24,499 bases of DNA, from NCBI GenBank assembly GCA_044869275.1, contig JBIOXB010000074.1, forward strand, positions 1-24,499. Reading direction: 5' to 3'. Every line of letters starts with the position of its first letter. The stretch's first letter is position 1. This stretch comes from a bacterium (lineage in GTDB: Bacteria > Zhuqueibacterota > Zhuqueibacteria > Zhuqueibacterales > Zhuqueibacteraceae). The translations under genes and the position numbers were made by a program. This document shows positions 15,499-24,407 of the stretch, piece by piece. The notes beneath the pieces are model-generated. The model ran no database searches. It saw only the letters and a list, made by a program, of their open reading frames with translations, and was not told the origin of the DNA.

Positions 15499-18024
15499 AT
15501 GAAACCAACGAAGTTCTCTATTATAGCCGCCGTGCTCTCGACCGGGGTCATGCTCGCGCAAACCCTTCTGGCGCAGAGTCTCGGCAAGCCCAATGACCCT
15601 TACCCCAAGGTCGGAATTATCACCGCCGGAGATTTTTGGGATACCTTTGCGCCGACTTGGGTGAGAAAGACCTACTACGAGACCCAAGATAATCCCAATC
15701 AAAGCTGGCATCTCGTGCGCGTGGGAAATTTGGAGCGCCAATGGACCACGCCCACGCAAAATATTGCGGGCACGGATATGCACATTCCGTGGAAGCAAGA
15801 TATCGAGATGATCGAATATACTCCGGGCATCAACAACTTCATCGCTTCGAGTGACCCGCGGGCGAAGGACTATGTTTATGCCTTCGAGACCAGCAAGGTG
15901 AGCCTGCCCGCGCCCTACAATCAACGTCTGGCTGACCAGGGAGCGAGTTGGGTCGATCCTCAAAAGAAGCATCAAATGATTTATAATGCCGAGGGCCCGA
16001 CCAACCTTGGTATTTACGTGAAAATGCGCGTACGGCAATATACGATCAATCATGCCAACATGAATGATTTCATCGCGGTGGAGTTTGAATTCACCAACAC
16101 CGGCGTGCTCGATGCCAACGGCGACGGCACCCCGGAAAAGACCAACAACCGCATCAATTGTTTGGTCTTGAACATGCGCAGCGAGCCCATCAACAGCATG
16201 ACTAATAGCCTGCAGGGCGCGCGTGGCGCCAGCGGGTTTTTCACCGGCCCCACGGAAGGTTACGATGCGACTCCCGATGAAAATGGCGACCCCTGGGATG
16301 TGCCGGTGAATTTTACTGGGCCGGCTCCCTCAACGCTGACCACGACAAGGACGTTTACGACCGCCTCCGGAAGCCAAGCAACAACCTTGTGGGCGCCTGA
16401 TGGCGGCCGCACTTTAGGTAATACTATGAACAGCCGCCGGTGGTATCAGGATTTCTACGTGGGCCACAATTGGATTGCAGTCAAGCAAGGCGCTTTGCCG
16501 ACTGCTGGCAGCAGCGTTGCGCAGGCAGATAAGAAGACTATTTATGACAGCCCGCCCGTGGGCACGGGCCGGCAGCGTGGCTGGTTCACTTCCGTGAGCA
16601 AGGGGTATGGCAACAACGACCATAATGCCTGGGAAAACCACGTGCTCTCGATGGGTTCCTTCTATGCAAACGGGGGCAAGGTACCGGATCGCACCAAATT
16701 CGAGTTGAGGCCAGATCCCAATTGGTTTGATGCCTCGCAACCCTACACGGTCGGCGATCCCTTGTCTTTTGTCAATATCGTGAAGCCCGAAGGCCAGCGT
16801 GGCCGTCCGGATGGCAGCATGAAGTACAACCGCACCTGGCATCAAAACTGGGAATTGGGCAATCCTGATCCCAAAGACGATTGGACCGATGGTTATTCCT
16901 TCCAGCACGGTTTTGACGGCGATTTCTATGTCGGCGTTGGTCCGTTCTCTCTCGAGGTTGGCGAGACCATCAATTTGGTCATGATCGAGTACAATGGGTT
17001 CCGGCTGCAAGGCGCGCGGCAATCGCGCAAAGCGGCACAATGGGCTTATGAAAACAACTGGACCGTGCCCGAGCCCCCGCCGACGCCGGAAATGAAAATC
17101 GAGCCGAGTGTGGGTGTGAAAGTGAATGTGAAATGGGACAATCGCGCGGAAACCGCGGCGGATTTTGCCGGCTACAAAATCTATCGCACCACGGCCTTCC
17201 CTCGCGTGAATTCCCTGCAATTGGGCTCTCGTATCATGGAGACCTATCATCTGCAAACCCAGGAGAATCCCACCGACGCCGTACTGGCGGCTCTGGGCAA
17301 GCCCAACAACCCCAACATCAGTGCTGCTTCGACTTTTTATAACGTGCAGGATCCGAATGCCTGGGGCCCGTACAAGCTTATCAAGATCATTCCCAAAGCG
17401 GAGGTCGGCAATTATTTGAATCAAGACGCAGATGCGAGCCAATTTAGATATGCTTTCGAAGACAGAGATGAACTGGTGACATTTGGATATACCTATTGGT
17501 ATTATGTTGCGGCGTACGACAACGAAAGCGGCACGATCGCGGGCCAGCCTTTCACCAGCCTCGAGACTCACAAGAACAACTGGAACGGCCGCAGCGGATT
17601 GTGGGAAGGTACTTATCACTTTGCCACGGCGAATTCTTACTTCCCGAAAACTGTGGAAGGCTTGAAGGCCATTGGCGCGAGCTTTGTTCTCAAAGCGCCA
17701 CTGCCTGATGCAGAACAACTGACTTCAGGAGAGCTCAAAGTTCGCGTCAAGCCGAACCCTTACAAACAGCAAGCGTTGCACGACACTGGCTTGGAACACA
17801 AGATCTTGTTCTTCAACTTACCGACCAACACCAAGATTACTATTTTTGATGTTTCCGGCCAGGTGATCGATGTGCTCGAATTCACCGGCACCAACCCCAA
17901 CGACGGCACGATCTTTTGGGACATGTTCTCCAAAGACGGCATCGAAGTCACGAGCGGGTTGTATATTTACGTGGCGGAATATCCCGGCGGACAACAGACG
18001 GGGTATTTCTCGATTTTGAGGTAA
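15499..18024 (+). CDS. Large exported protein with FN3-like region and C-terminal T9SS-CTD/FlgD-Ig-like domain; function unknown
   Basis: ATG 15499 has a GAGGAG RBS and a Sec signal with no lipobox Cys. FN3-like segment PEPPPTP..VKWD..FAGYKIYR..YWYYVAAYD. C-terminus VKPNPY..ILFFNLP..ITIFDVSG..WDMFSKDG..SGLYIY..FSILR. Confidence 0.8.
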   Translation: MKPTKFSIIAAVLSTGVMLAQTLLAQSLGKPNDPYPKVGIITAGDFWDTFAPTWVRKTYYETQDNPNQSWHLVRVGNLERQWTTPTQNIAGTDMHIPWKQDIEMIEYTPGINNFIASSDPRAKDYVYAFETSKVSLPAPYNQRLADQGASWVDPQKKHQMIYNAEGPTNLGIYVKMRVRQYTINHANMNDFIAVEFEFTNTGVLDANGDGTPEKTNNRINCLVLNMRSEPINSMTNSLQGARGASGFFTGPTEGYDATPDENGDPWDVPVNFTGPAPSTLTTTRTFTTASGSQATTLWAPDGGRTLGNTMNSRRWYQDFYVGHNWIAVKQGALPTAGSSVAQADKKTIYDSPPVGTGRQRGWFTSVSKGYGNNDHNAWENHVLSMGSFYANGGKVPDRTKFELRPDPNWFDASQPYTVGDPLSFVNIVKPEGQRGRPDGSMKYNRTWHQNWELGNPDPKDDWTDGYSFQHGFDGDFYVGVGPFSLEVGETINLVMIEYNGFRLQGARQSRKAAQWAYENNWTVPEPPPTPEMKIEPSVGVKVNVKWDNRAETAADFAGYKIYRTTAFPRVNSLQLGSRIMETYHLQTQENPTDAVLAALGKPNNPNISAASTFYNVQDPNAWGPYKLIKIIPKAEVGNYLNQDADASQFRYAFEDRDELVTFGYTYWYYVAAYDNESGTIAGQPFTSLETHKNNWNGRSGLWEGTYHFATANSYFPKTVEGLKAIGASFVLKAPLPDAEQLTSGELKVRVKPNPYKQQALHDTGLEHKILFFNLPTNTKITIFDVSGQVIDVLEFTGTNPNDGTIFWDMFSKDGIEVTSGLYIYVAEYPGGQQTGYFSILR

Positions 18025-18151
18025 CGGTTTAGCGGGAAAATGTGGTCCTGCCCCTCTCGTGGGGCACTGGTAAACGAGACAAACTCGAAGTTTGCACAGC
18101 CGCCCATGCAGGGCGGGGGCGACAGATGAAAACTCACTTTGGAGAAAAAAC

Positions 18152-19180
18152 ATGAATCTCATAAAACGCCTCCTCGCAGCGCTGGTGCTGGTGATTTTTG
18201 CCGCCGGCCTGAGTTATGGCCAGGTGAGAAAAACCGGGCTCACCGGCGCGGCGTTTCTGAAAGTCGGCGTGGGCGCACGCGCCGTCGCACTGGGATCTGC
18301 CACTACTTCGCTTTTGGGCGACGTCAACCAGATGTTTTGGAATCCAGCGGGCATTGCACTGAGTAACGAGCAATGGCAGGCGACCTTCACTTACAATCGC
18401 TGGATCGCCGATCTGGGGCACAACGCCGGCGCCATCGCGCACAACTTCGGCAACCTCGGCACGATCGGTATTGGCTTTATTTCGCTCGGTGTTTCCGATA
18501 TTGTCGCGGATCGCGACGTCGTGCCGAGCTTTTTGCTGGCAACGTTTCAGCCCTATGACACGGAAACCGGCTCGACCTACAGTTATCTGGATCTCGCGAT
18601 GCAGGCCACCTGGGCGCGCAACTTTTCCGACCGGCTGGCCCTGGGCGCGTCGGTCAAGTACATCCGGCAAAGCATCGATAACGTGAGCACCTCGAGCGTT
18701 GCTTTCGATTTCGGCTCCACCTACAAAATCGGATTTCGCAACGCCGTCATCGGCGCGCGCCTGAACAACCTGGGCAAAGATCTCAAGTTTTACGACATCG
18801 CTTCGCCCTTGCCGCTGGTGTTCAGCGTCGGCGCTTCCATCGACTTGTTTCAGGCCGAGCAAAGCATCGTGACGTTGATGGTGGATGCCACCAAACCGCA
18901 AGACGCCGACCAGATGATCTTCACAGGCGGCGAATACTCTTTCAATAAAATGGTCTCGGTGCGCGGCGGCTGGAAATTCAATTACTCCGGCGTGACCGAC
19001 ACCAAGCGCAACGAGTTCGATCAGCGCATCATCGATGCGCCGCGCACGGAGGAAGGCATTTCCCTGGGCGGCGGCGTAAAGATTCCGATGGGTGAAAACC
19101 GTATTCTCGTCGATTACGCTTTTACCGAATTCGGCATTTTGGACGCCACGCATCGCTTTTCGGTCAACGTGTCGTTTTAA
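18152..19180 (+). CDS. PorV/PorQ-family (FadL-like) outer-membrane beta-barrel protein
   Basis: ATG 18152 has a GGAG RBS and a signal peptide. Motifs AAFLKVGVGARAVALG, MFWNPAG, GASVKYI and AFDFG, with C-terminal HRFSVNVSF. Confidence 0.88.
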   Translation: MNLIKRLLAALVLVIFAAGLSYGQVRKTGLTGAAFLKVGVGARAVALGSATTSLLGDVNQMFWNPAGIALSNEQWQATFTYNRWIADLGHNAGAIAHNFGNLGTIGIGFISLGVSDIVADRDVVPSFLLATFQPYDTETGSTYSYLDLAMQATWARNFSDRLALGASVKYIRQSIDNVSTSSVAFDFGSTYKIGFRNAVIGARLNNLGKDLKFYDIASPLPLVFSVGASIDLFQAEQSIVTLMVDATKPQDADQMIFTGGEYSFNKMVSVRGGWKFNYSGVTDTKRNEFDQRIIDAPRTEEGISLGGGVKIPMGENRILVDYAFTEFGILDATHRFSVNVSF

Positions 19181-19205
19181 TCAAGGAGTCGCTATTCTGC
19201 TCCAC

Positions 19206-19245
19206 AATGCTCCCAAGGTTGAGCGCCGCCGTGGGAGCATTTTTT
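19206..19245 (+). terminator. Rho-independent terminator after the receptor-CTD protein-PorV unit
   Basis: Perfect 10-bp stem AATGCTCCCA (19206-19215) / TGGGAGCATT (19232-19241) running into a T-tract, about 25 bp after the stop codon. Confidence 0.75.
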
Positions 19246-19253
19246 GTTGAATC

Positions 19254-19308
19254 GAAAGTCGCCGAAGACCCATAGATGCTATTGACCCTCCGTACTTTGG
19301 CGACTTTC
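19254..19308. repeat. 14-bp inverted repeat with 27-bp spacer
   Basis: GAAAGTCGCCGAAG / CTTTGGCGACTTTC, with one G-T pair. Confidence 0.7.
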
Positions 19309-19360
19309 TTTATTGGAAACTATCTTGACCATGTCAAGTCCAACTCGCGCCGTCTCCATC

Positions 19361-19433
19361 TGTCATGCTGTAAGTATCTTCCCCAGATTTTGGTGCAAGC
19401 TTCTTGGGAAGATCCCGAAGCATCGGGATGACA
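19361..19433. repeat. REP-like inverted doublet (TGTCAT family)
   Basis: TGTCATGCTGTAAGTATCTTCCC ... GGGAAGATCCCGAAGCATCGGGATGACA. The reverse complement of 19403-19433 matches 24311-24341 at 29/31. Confidence 0.82.
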
Positions 19434-19469
19434 TGTTTCGAGGGCGTGCTGACAAAACGTTGGAGTACT

Positions 19470-21803
19470 ATGCCGCGAAACTTCGCCTCAAACCGACGAG
19501 TTCACATCAGTTTTCTACTTCTTTCGCTCAAATTGCCAATCATTCTTCTCATGATTGCATTCCAATCTGTGCCGGCTCAATCTCAAAAATCAAAATATCT
19601 GGCATACCTCAAGACGGCAGCCGAACAGGCCTGGCAACAGCATCCCGCCGTCATCGCCAAATGGAAAGCCAACGTCAATCCCAGCGCGTTGTGGGGCTAC
19701 AACTCGCCGGCCGAACCGATTTATCTCGCCGACGTGTTGGGCTTTCTCTATCAAGAAACGCGGGAAAAGATGCATGCCGAGCGCGCGGCGCAATTGCTGG
19801 CGGAATACGGCGATCTGCGTGCCGCCTATCCCAAAGACTACGCCAAGACGCGCGCGGAATACGTCAATGGGATTCCGGCGCTGGCAAACTTTTTCTTCCT
19901 GCCACCGTACGTGCGCGCCTATTTGCGCCTTCGCGACAGCGGCGTCCTCACCGATAAAACCCAAGCCAAAATCGAAGCCGAGCTGGCGCACAGTTTGGAT
20001 TTTGTTTTCCATTTTCCCGAATGGGGCGCGCACAACCGCGCCATGTTGCGCGCGGAGGGATTGTATTACGGCTACCTCGCCATGCCTGGACATCCGCATG
20101 CGCCCAAGTGGCGGCAAATGGCCGAGACCATCGCCAGCGACAATCTCAAACAATGGGAGATCGAAGACGCGAGCATCTATCATCCGGTGTGGCTGCTTTC
20201 GCTTTTCACTTATGCCGAGATCAGCGGCAACGAACAGCTTTATGATTCACCGTTTGTGCGCTACTACGCCGAGTATTTCAAACGCCTGTTCACACCGGCG
20301 TACAACATACCGGATTTCGGCGATGCAAACTGGAATCCTTCGTGGGATCGCTACATCGCCGTTTTCGAGCGCCTGGCGAACCGTTACCGCGACGGCGAGC
20401 TCAAATGGGTCGCCGAGCGCATGTTTGCAAAAATGATGCGGCTCTACGCGCACACGAATTCGGACTCGGCTGCTTATTTCTATCCGCAAACCGGCACCGG
20501 CGCAGCGTCTTCTTTTGCTTTGGCTTATCAATGGACGGATGATGCCCTTGCCGCGCAATCGCCAAAGTCACTGAGCCAGGAAGTCCTGGATGATGTCATC
20601 GGTAAAAAAGTCGTTTTCCGCAACGGTTGGGAACCTACGAGCACTTATCTTTTGTTAAACTATCGCGACGAAGGCGCGGGCGGGTTTGTGCATCGCGAGT
20701 TTTTGCGGAATACGATTTCCGTCGAAGAAGAGAAAATGCATCACGGCCATTCGGATGAGAATGACATCTCGCTGCTCATGTCCGGCGGCGCGGTATTGTT
20801 GCACGATGGCGGTTACCGCGACGGCCTGCCCAGCGGAAAATACGGCCAATTTCGCGCGGATTATTTTCACAACCGTCTGGTGGCGCGCAAGAACAAGCGC
20901 GAGGTGCACCAATCGCTGCAGGAATTCGTGCGCAACTCCGGAGCCTATCGCTCCGTGCGCACGCAGAAGATCGAGTTCCTCAATCTGCGCGAGGTGGATA
21001 TGAGCCGCACGCGCCTGCACGATGAGGCACTGGGGTATGCCTGGGATCGCGTGATCACATATCTCAAAAAACAAAACATGTTTATTGTGATTGACGCCGT
21101 GGAGGTCAAGCAAACCGATTATTACACCTTCACCAATTTTTGGCATACGCGCAAGATTCATGAGCAGGGCGAGCACTTCTTCGTGACTTCGGTTGATTCC
21201 ATCGGAACGATCGTGCTGCCGCAGGACCAGCGCCTGCGCATTCAATTTTTGGAAACCCGTGCCAAAACCGCGGGCACATACGAGGAAACGCGCCACTATC
21301 AAGACGAAATCGCGATCTATCAAACGCAATCCAGCCACTACCGCGCCGGCGATTACGAGGTTTTTGTGACGGCACTTATTCCTATGAATAGCAGAGAAAA
21401 CGCCTCGGCACATTTGCAAAACCTGCGGATTATGCCCATGTCTGCATTCCCGCGCGCCGTGGGCATTGAGATCAAAGAGGGCAATGCCGTTTCTGTTCTC
21501 GGTGTGAAGCTTGATTTAAATTCAGGCGTCGTGCGCGAGAACATTCGCCCGCGCTACACCTGGGAGGCGGGCCGCGTGCAGTACGGCGATCTCGAGACCG
21601 ACGCGCATTTTCTTTTTGCCACGATTTCCGGCAATGAAATCAGCTATTCCGCCTCGGAAGTTTTAAAGGTGTTTTACCAGGGCAAAGTGTTGATGGAAGC
21701 CTTGCCCAACACCCATGGCCTGCAGCTCGATGGCGCGCCTGATCGGGTGGGGTTTGTGAAGTGGCGTTATTGGGAAGATAGGGCGCCACTCCATGCAAAA
21801 TAA
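19470..21803 (+). CDS. Heparinase II/III-family protein (putative polysaccharide/oligosaccharide lyase), Sec signal
   Basis: ATG 19470 has a GGAG RBS and a hydrophobic N-terminus. Motifs HNRAML, EIEDASIYH, IPDFGD, VVFRNGW, HHGHSDEND, LLHDGGY and YFHNRLV. Confidence 0.75.
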   Translation: MPRNFASNRRVHISFLLLSLKLPIILLMIAFQSVPAQSQKSKYLAYLKTAAEQAWQQHPAVIAKWKANVNPSALWGYNSPAEPIYLADVLGFLYQETREKMHAERAAQLLAEYGDLRAAYPKDYAKTRAEYVNGIPALANFFFLPPYVRAYLRLRDSGVLTDKTQAKIEAELAHSLDFVFHFPEWGAHNRAMLRAEGLYYGYLAMPGHPHAPKWRQMAETIASDNLKQWEIEDASIYHPVWLLSLFTYAEISGNEQLYDSPFVRYYAEYFKRLFTPAYNIPDFGDANWNPSWDRYIAVFERLANRYRDGELKWVAERMFAKMMRLYAHTNSDSAAYFYPQTGTGAASSFALAYQWTDDALAAQSPKSLSQEVLDDVIGKKVVFRNGWEPTSTYLLLNYRDEGAGGFVHREFLRNTISVEEEKMHHGHSDENDISLLMSGGAVLLHDGGYRDGLPSGKYGQFRADYFHNRLVARKNKREVHQSLQEFVRNSGAYRSVRTQKIEFLNLREVDMSRTRLHDEALGYAWDRVITYLKKQNMFIVIDAVEVKQTDYYTFTNFWHTRKIHEQGEHFFVTSVDSIGTIVLPQDQRLRIQFLETRAKTAGTYEETRHYQDEIAIYQTQSSHYRAGDYEVFVTALIPMNSRENASAHLQNLRIMPMSAFPRAVGIEIKEGNAVSVLGVKLDLNSGVVRENIRPRYTWEAGRVQYGDLETDAHFLFATISGNEISYSASEVLKVFYQGKVLMEALPNTHGLQLDGAPDRVGFVKWRYWEDRAPLHAK

Positions 21804-21868
21804 CCACTGCATGGTATTCTCCAGACTCTCGCATGCGGATTCTACCGGTAAACACGAACCACGGTTGC

Positions 21869-22058
21869 TGTCATTCTGAAAGAACCTTGGTGAGACACAC
21901 CGAGAATGCCGCTTACCAAGATTCAGACTGTGTGAAAACGCTTGGTTTCAACGCAGGCTGAGCCTGTCGAAGCCTGGTTCTTGGACTTAGCACCCTTCGA
22001 CAAGCTCAGGGTGCGGCCTTCCCAAGTTTTCACACAGTCTGATTCCTTCTGGATGACA
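21869..22058. repeat. REP-like inverted doublet (TGTCAT family), right arm interrupted by a MITE
   Basis: Left arm TGTCATTCTGAAAGAACCTTGGTGAG. After removing the MITE and one ATT, the right arm reads CTTACCAAGATTCCTTCTGGATGACA. Confidence 0.85.
21924..22041 (-). mobile_element. 118-bp MITE-like non-autonomous element, copy 2
   Basis: Perfect 16-bp terminal inverted repeats CAGACTGTGTGAAAAC / GTTTTCACACAGTCTG, flanked by an ATT direct repeat (21921-21923 and 22042-22044). It is an inverted copy of 7116-7233. Confidence 0.88.
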
Positions 22059-22116
22059 CGCAAATTCGGTTCGGCTGAGATCATATTGCAACCATCAAAA
22101 TAGCGAGAACCTCACC

Positions 22117-24189
22117 ATGCCCTCCCGCCGCGATTTCCTTTATCTTGCTTCTCTTTCTTTGCCGGGCCTGCTTTTGCCAGTGCCGCAAGGAAGCTCCAAA
22201 ACCGCGGGCACAAAGCTTTCTTTCGGATTGTTTTTTGATGAAGATCATCTCCAAAAAATGCGAACGTCTTTTGCCGGCACTCCACTTTTCACCGGCCTGC
22301 GCCAACGATTGGCAGCCTTCGATCGCACCAAAGAACGCCAATTTATCAAGTCCGAAGTGCGTTACAACGATCATCTTTTTCACATTGCGCGCCTCAGCGA
22401 TTCCGCCCAGCAACTGGCATTTCATTATGCCATGACGGAAGATAAAGACGCGGCGAAGCTGGCAACGGATTGCATTCGCACGATGATGAAATTCCCCAAA
22501 TGGGATTATTTCTTGGAGGCGGGCAAAGACGTGATCGGCATTCAACGCGCCTCCAGCTCGATCGTGGCCGTGGCCTTATGCGCCGATTGGCTGGGAAATT
22601 TTGTCGATCAACAGGAGCGCGCGAGCTGGCTGGAAACCATGGGCGAGCGCGGATGCGAGCCCTGTTTTCGCAGCCTGTATGGCATGCGCTATCCTGAGCG
22701 CGTCGTAGGTTGGAGCATGGACAAAACCAGCACCTACTTCGAGCATCGTCCGGGTGATCGCATCGACATGAGCAACTGGCCGCACATTTTAGATAAAACC
22801 AATTTGAAAGCAGTGCCGGCCTCGGCCTTGGCAATTGGCGCGGTCACTTATCAGCAGCAATTGGGCAAAAGTGACAAGACCGAACGCTGGCTGGAGCAGG
22901 CGATCTTCAGCATCAAGACGTTTCGCGACCTCTTCGCGCGCGACGGCTCATATAATGAAGGCGTTTCCTACGCGCATTACACCGCGCTGCACCTCGCGCA
23001 AGCCACGACGATCTTGCATCGGTTTCACCATGCGGATTTGCATGATTTGATCAATTGGCCGGGTTACCTGGATTACCTCTATGGCATGTCCATGCCGGTG
23101 CAGGATGACCTTTACGAAATCGTCAACTTCGGCGACAATGGCAATGTCAAATCTGGTGAAGCGGGCAAGCCTAAGCGCACCTCCATGGCGATGTGGATTG
23201 CCGCGCGCTTTCAAGATGGCCAGGCGGCGTGGTTCGCGGAAAAACTGGGAGGTGAATTGGATGAGTGGGCTTTGATCTGGCATCAACCGCAGCTGCTAGC
23301 CGAAGCGCCGAAGCCGGGGCCGGAGTTGTGGCATTCGGACTTGGATTGGATCGTGGCGCGCACCGGTTACCAGCCCGAGGATCTGGTCGTTGCCATGCGC
23401 AGCGGCGGCCCGTCGAATCATGAGCACGCCGATCGCAATAGCATCATGGTGAAATGTTTTGGCGAGCATCTCGTGGCCGATCCTTATCGCCCGCCGTATA
23501 GCTTCAGCGATCCGAGCTGGATGATGCGCACGACCTTGGGCCACAGTGCATTGTTGATCGACGGCAAGCCGCATCAATATCACGATGGTTCGGAGGGCAC
23601 AAATCCTTCGCAAGCCGCGGCACGCATCATTCGCAAAGGCGAGCGGCCCGGGTATTTCTTTTGGACAAGCGAGGCCACACCCGCGTATCAATTGGTGCTG
23701 CCGGACGTAATGTCGGTGATGCGCACCGTCGTGGTTCTGCATGAGCTGCCGGCGGTTTTGTTGCTGGACAAAGTGATGAAAACCGCGCAGCCCTCGCGCA
23801 TACAAGCTCGCTTCTTTGCGTACAATTTGGATGGCAAAGGCAGCATCATCGCCACGACCAATGGCTTCAAAACCCTGCGCCCATATGCGGCATTGCATGC
23901 TTTCGCTGCCGGCTCGAATGGCGTTGGTGTCGAGGTGCTGCGCCTGCCCATACCAGAAGAAAATGCCGTGAAGCACCCTTTAGTTGAGGTCCGCACCCAG
24001 GCTCCGGGTTTGGAATCCTTTTTGGTCACGGTTCTGCTGCCAGTGCGCAAAGGCGATACGCCTGGTACGGTGCAGATCTCACGAGGCAATAAGCAAGAGT
24101 TTGTGATCAAACTGGACAATTCATCGCGTCAACTGACCTGCCGCGTGGCGGATACGGAGGCGATCCCAGAGGTTGAAATTGTTTTTTGA
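22117..24189 (+). CDS. Heparinase II/III-family protein with twin-arginine (Tat) signal
   Basis: N-terminal SRRDFL plus an h-region. Motifs DGSYNEGVSYAHY, VNFGD, ARTGY, RSGGPSNHEHADRNS and GHSALLIDG. Confidence 0.85.
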   Translation: MPSRRDFLYLASLSLPGLLLPVPQGSSKTAGTKLSFGLFFDEDHLQKMRTSFAGTPLFTGLRQRLAAFDRTKERQFIKSEVRYNDHLFHIARLSDSAQQLAFHYAMTEDKDAAKLATDCIRTMMKFPKWDYFLEAGKDVIGIQRASSSIVAVALCADWLGNFVDQQERASWLETMGERGCEPCFRSLYGMRYPERVVGWSMDKTSTYFEHRPGDRIDMSNWPHILDKTNLKAVPASALAIGAVTYQQQLGKSDKTERWLEQAIFSIKTFRDLFARDGSYNEGVSYAHYTALHLAQATTILHRFHHADLHDLINWPGYLDYLYGMSMPVQDDLYEIVNFGDNGNVKSGEAGKPKRTSMAMWIAARFQDGQAAWFAEKLGGELDEWALIWHQPQLLAEAPKPGPELWHSDLDWIVARTGYQPEDLVVAMRSGGPSNHEHADRNSIMVKCFGEHLVADPYRPPYSFSDPSWMMRTTLGHSALLIDGKPHQYHDGSEGTNPSQAAARIIRKGERPGYFFWTSEATPAYQLVLPDVMSVMRTVVVLHELPAVLLLDKVMKTAQPSRIQARFFAYNLDGKGSIIATTNGFKTLRPYAALHAFAAGSNGVGVEVLRLPIPEENAVKHPLVEVRTQAPGLESFLVTVLLPVRKGDTPGTVQISRGNKQEFVIKLDNSSRQLTCRVADTEAIPEVEIVF

Positions 24190-24309
24190 TTCCAGCAAGC
24201 TGTTTTCATGCTCGCCCGTGAATTAATGCACAGGCTGAATCCGTTTGGGCCAGAAGCTCTCAGAATTATGTTCCAATGCTGCACCGTTGAGTCAGCACCA
24301 CCACCAGAG

Positions 24310-24407
24310 ATGTCATCCCGATTCATCGGGATCTTCCCAAGCGCTGGGCACAAGGCCGAAATGGGCTGTGATATTGTATCATGGGAAGATTACCACGAAA
24401 ATGACAT
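24310..24407. repeat. REP-like inverted doublet (ATGTCAT family)
   Basis: ATGTCATCCCGATTCATCGGGATCTTCCCA (24310-24339) ... TGGGAAGATTACCACGAAAATGACAT (24382-24407). Confidence 0.8.

Noticed and set aside
18049..18115. Two small GC hairpins between the CTD protein and PorV genes
   Set aside because: The stems are only 5-6 bp with no T-tract and match none of the repeat families, which is too weak to call a terminator.
16414..19153. Long minus-strand ORFs (434 aa at 16414-17718; 339 aa at 18134-19153), and likewise 12392-13279 and 3024-3905
   Set aside because: They are antisense to well-supported genes and explained by codon bias; no family motifs are visible.
18152..19180. Calling the locus a type IX secretion system or naming genes susC/porV
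   Set aside because: No SprA, PorKLMN or PorU is in the window and the receptor lacks clear SusC-specific signatures, so only family-level calls are justified.
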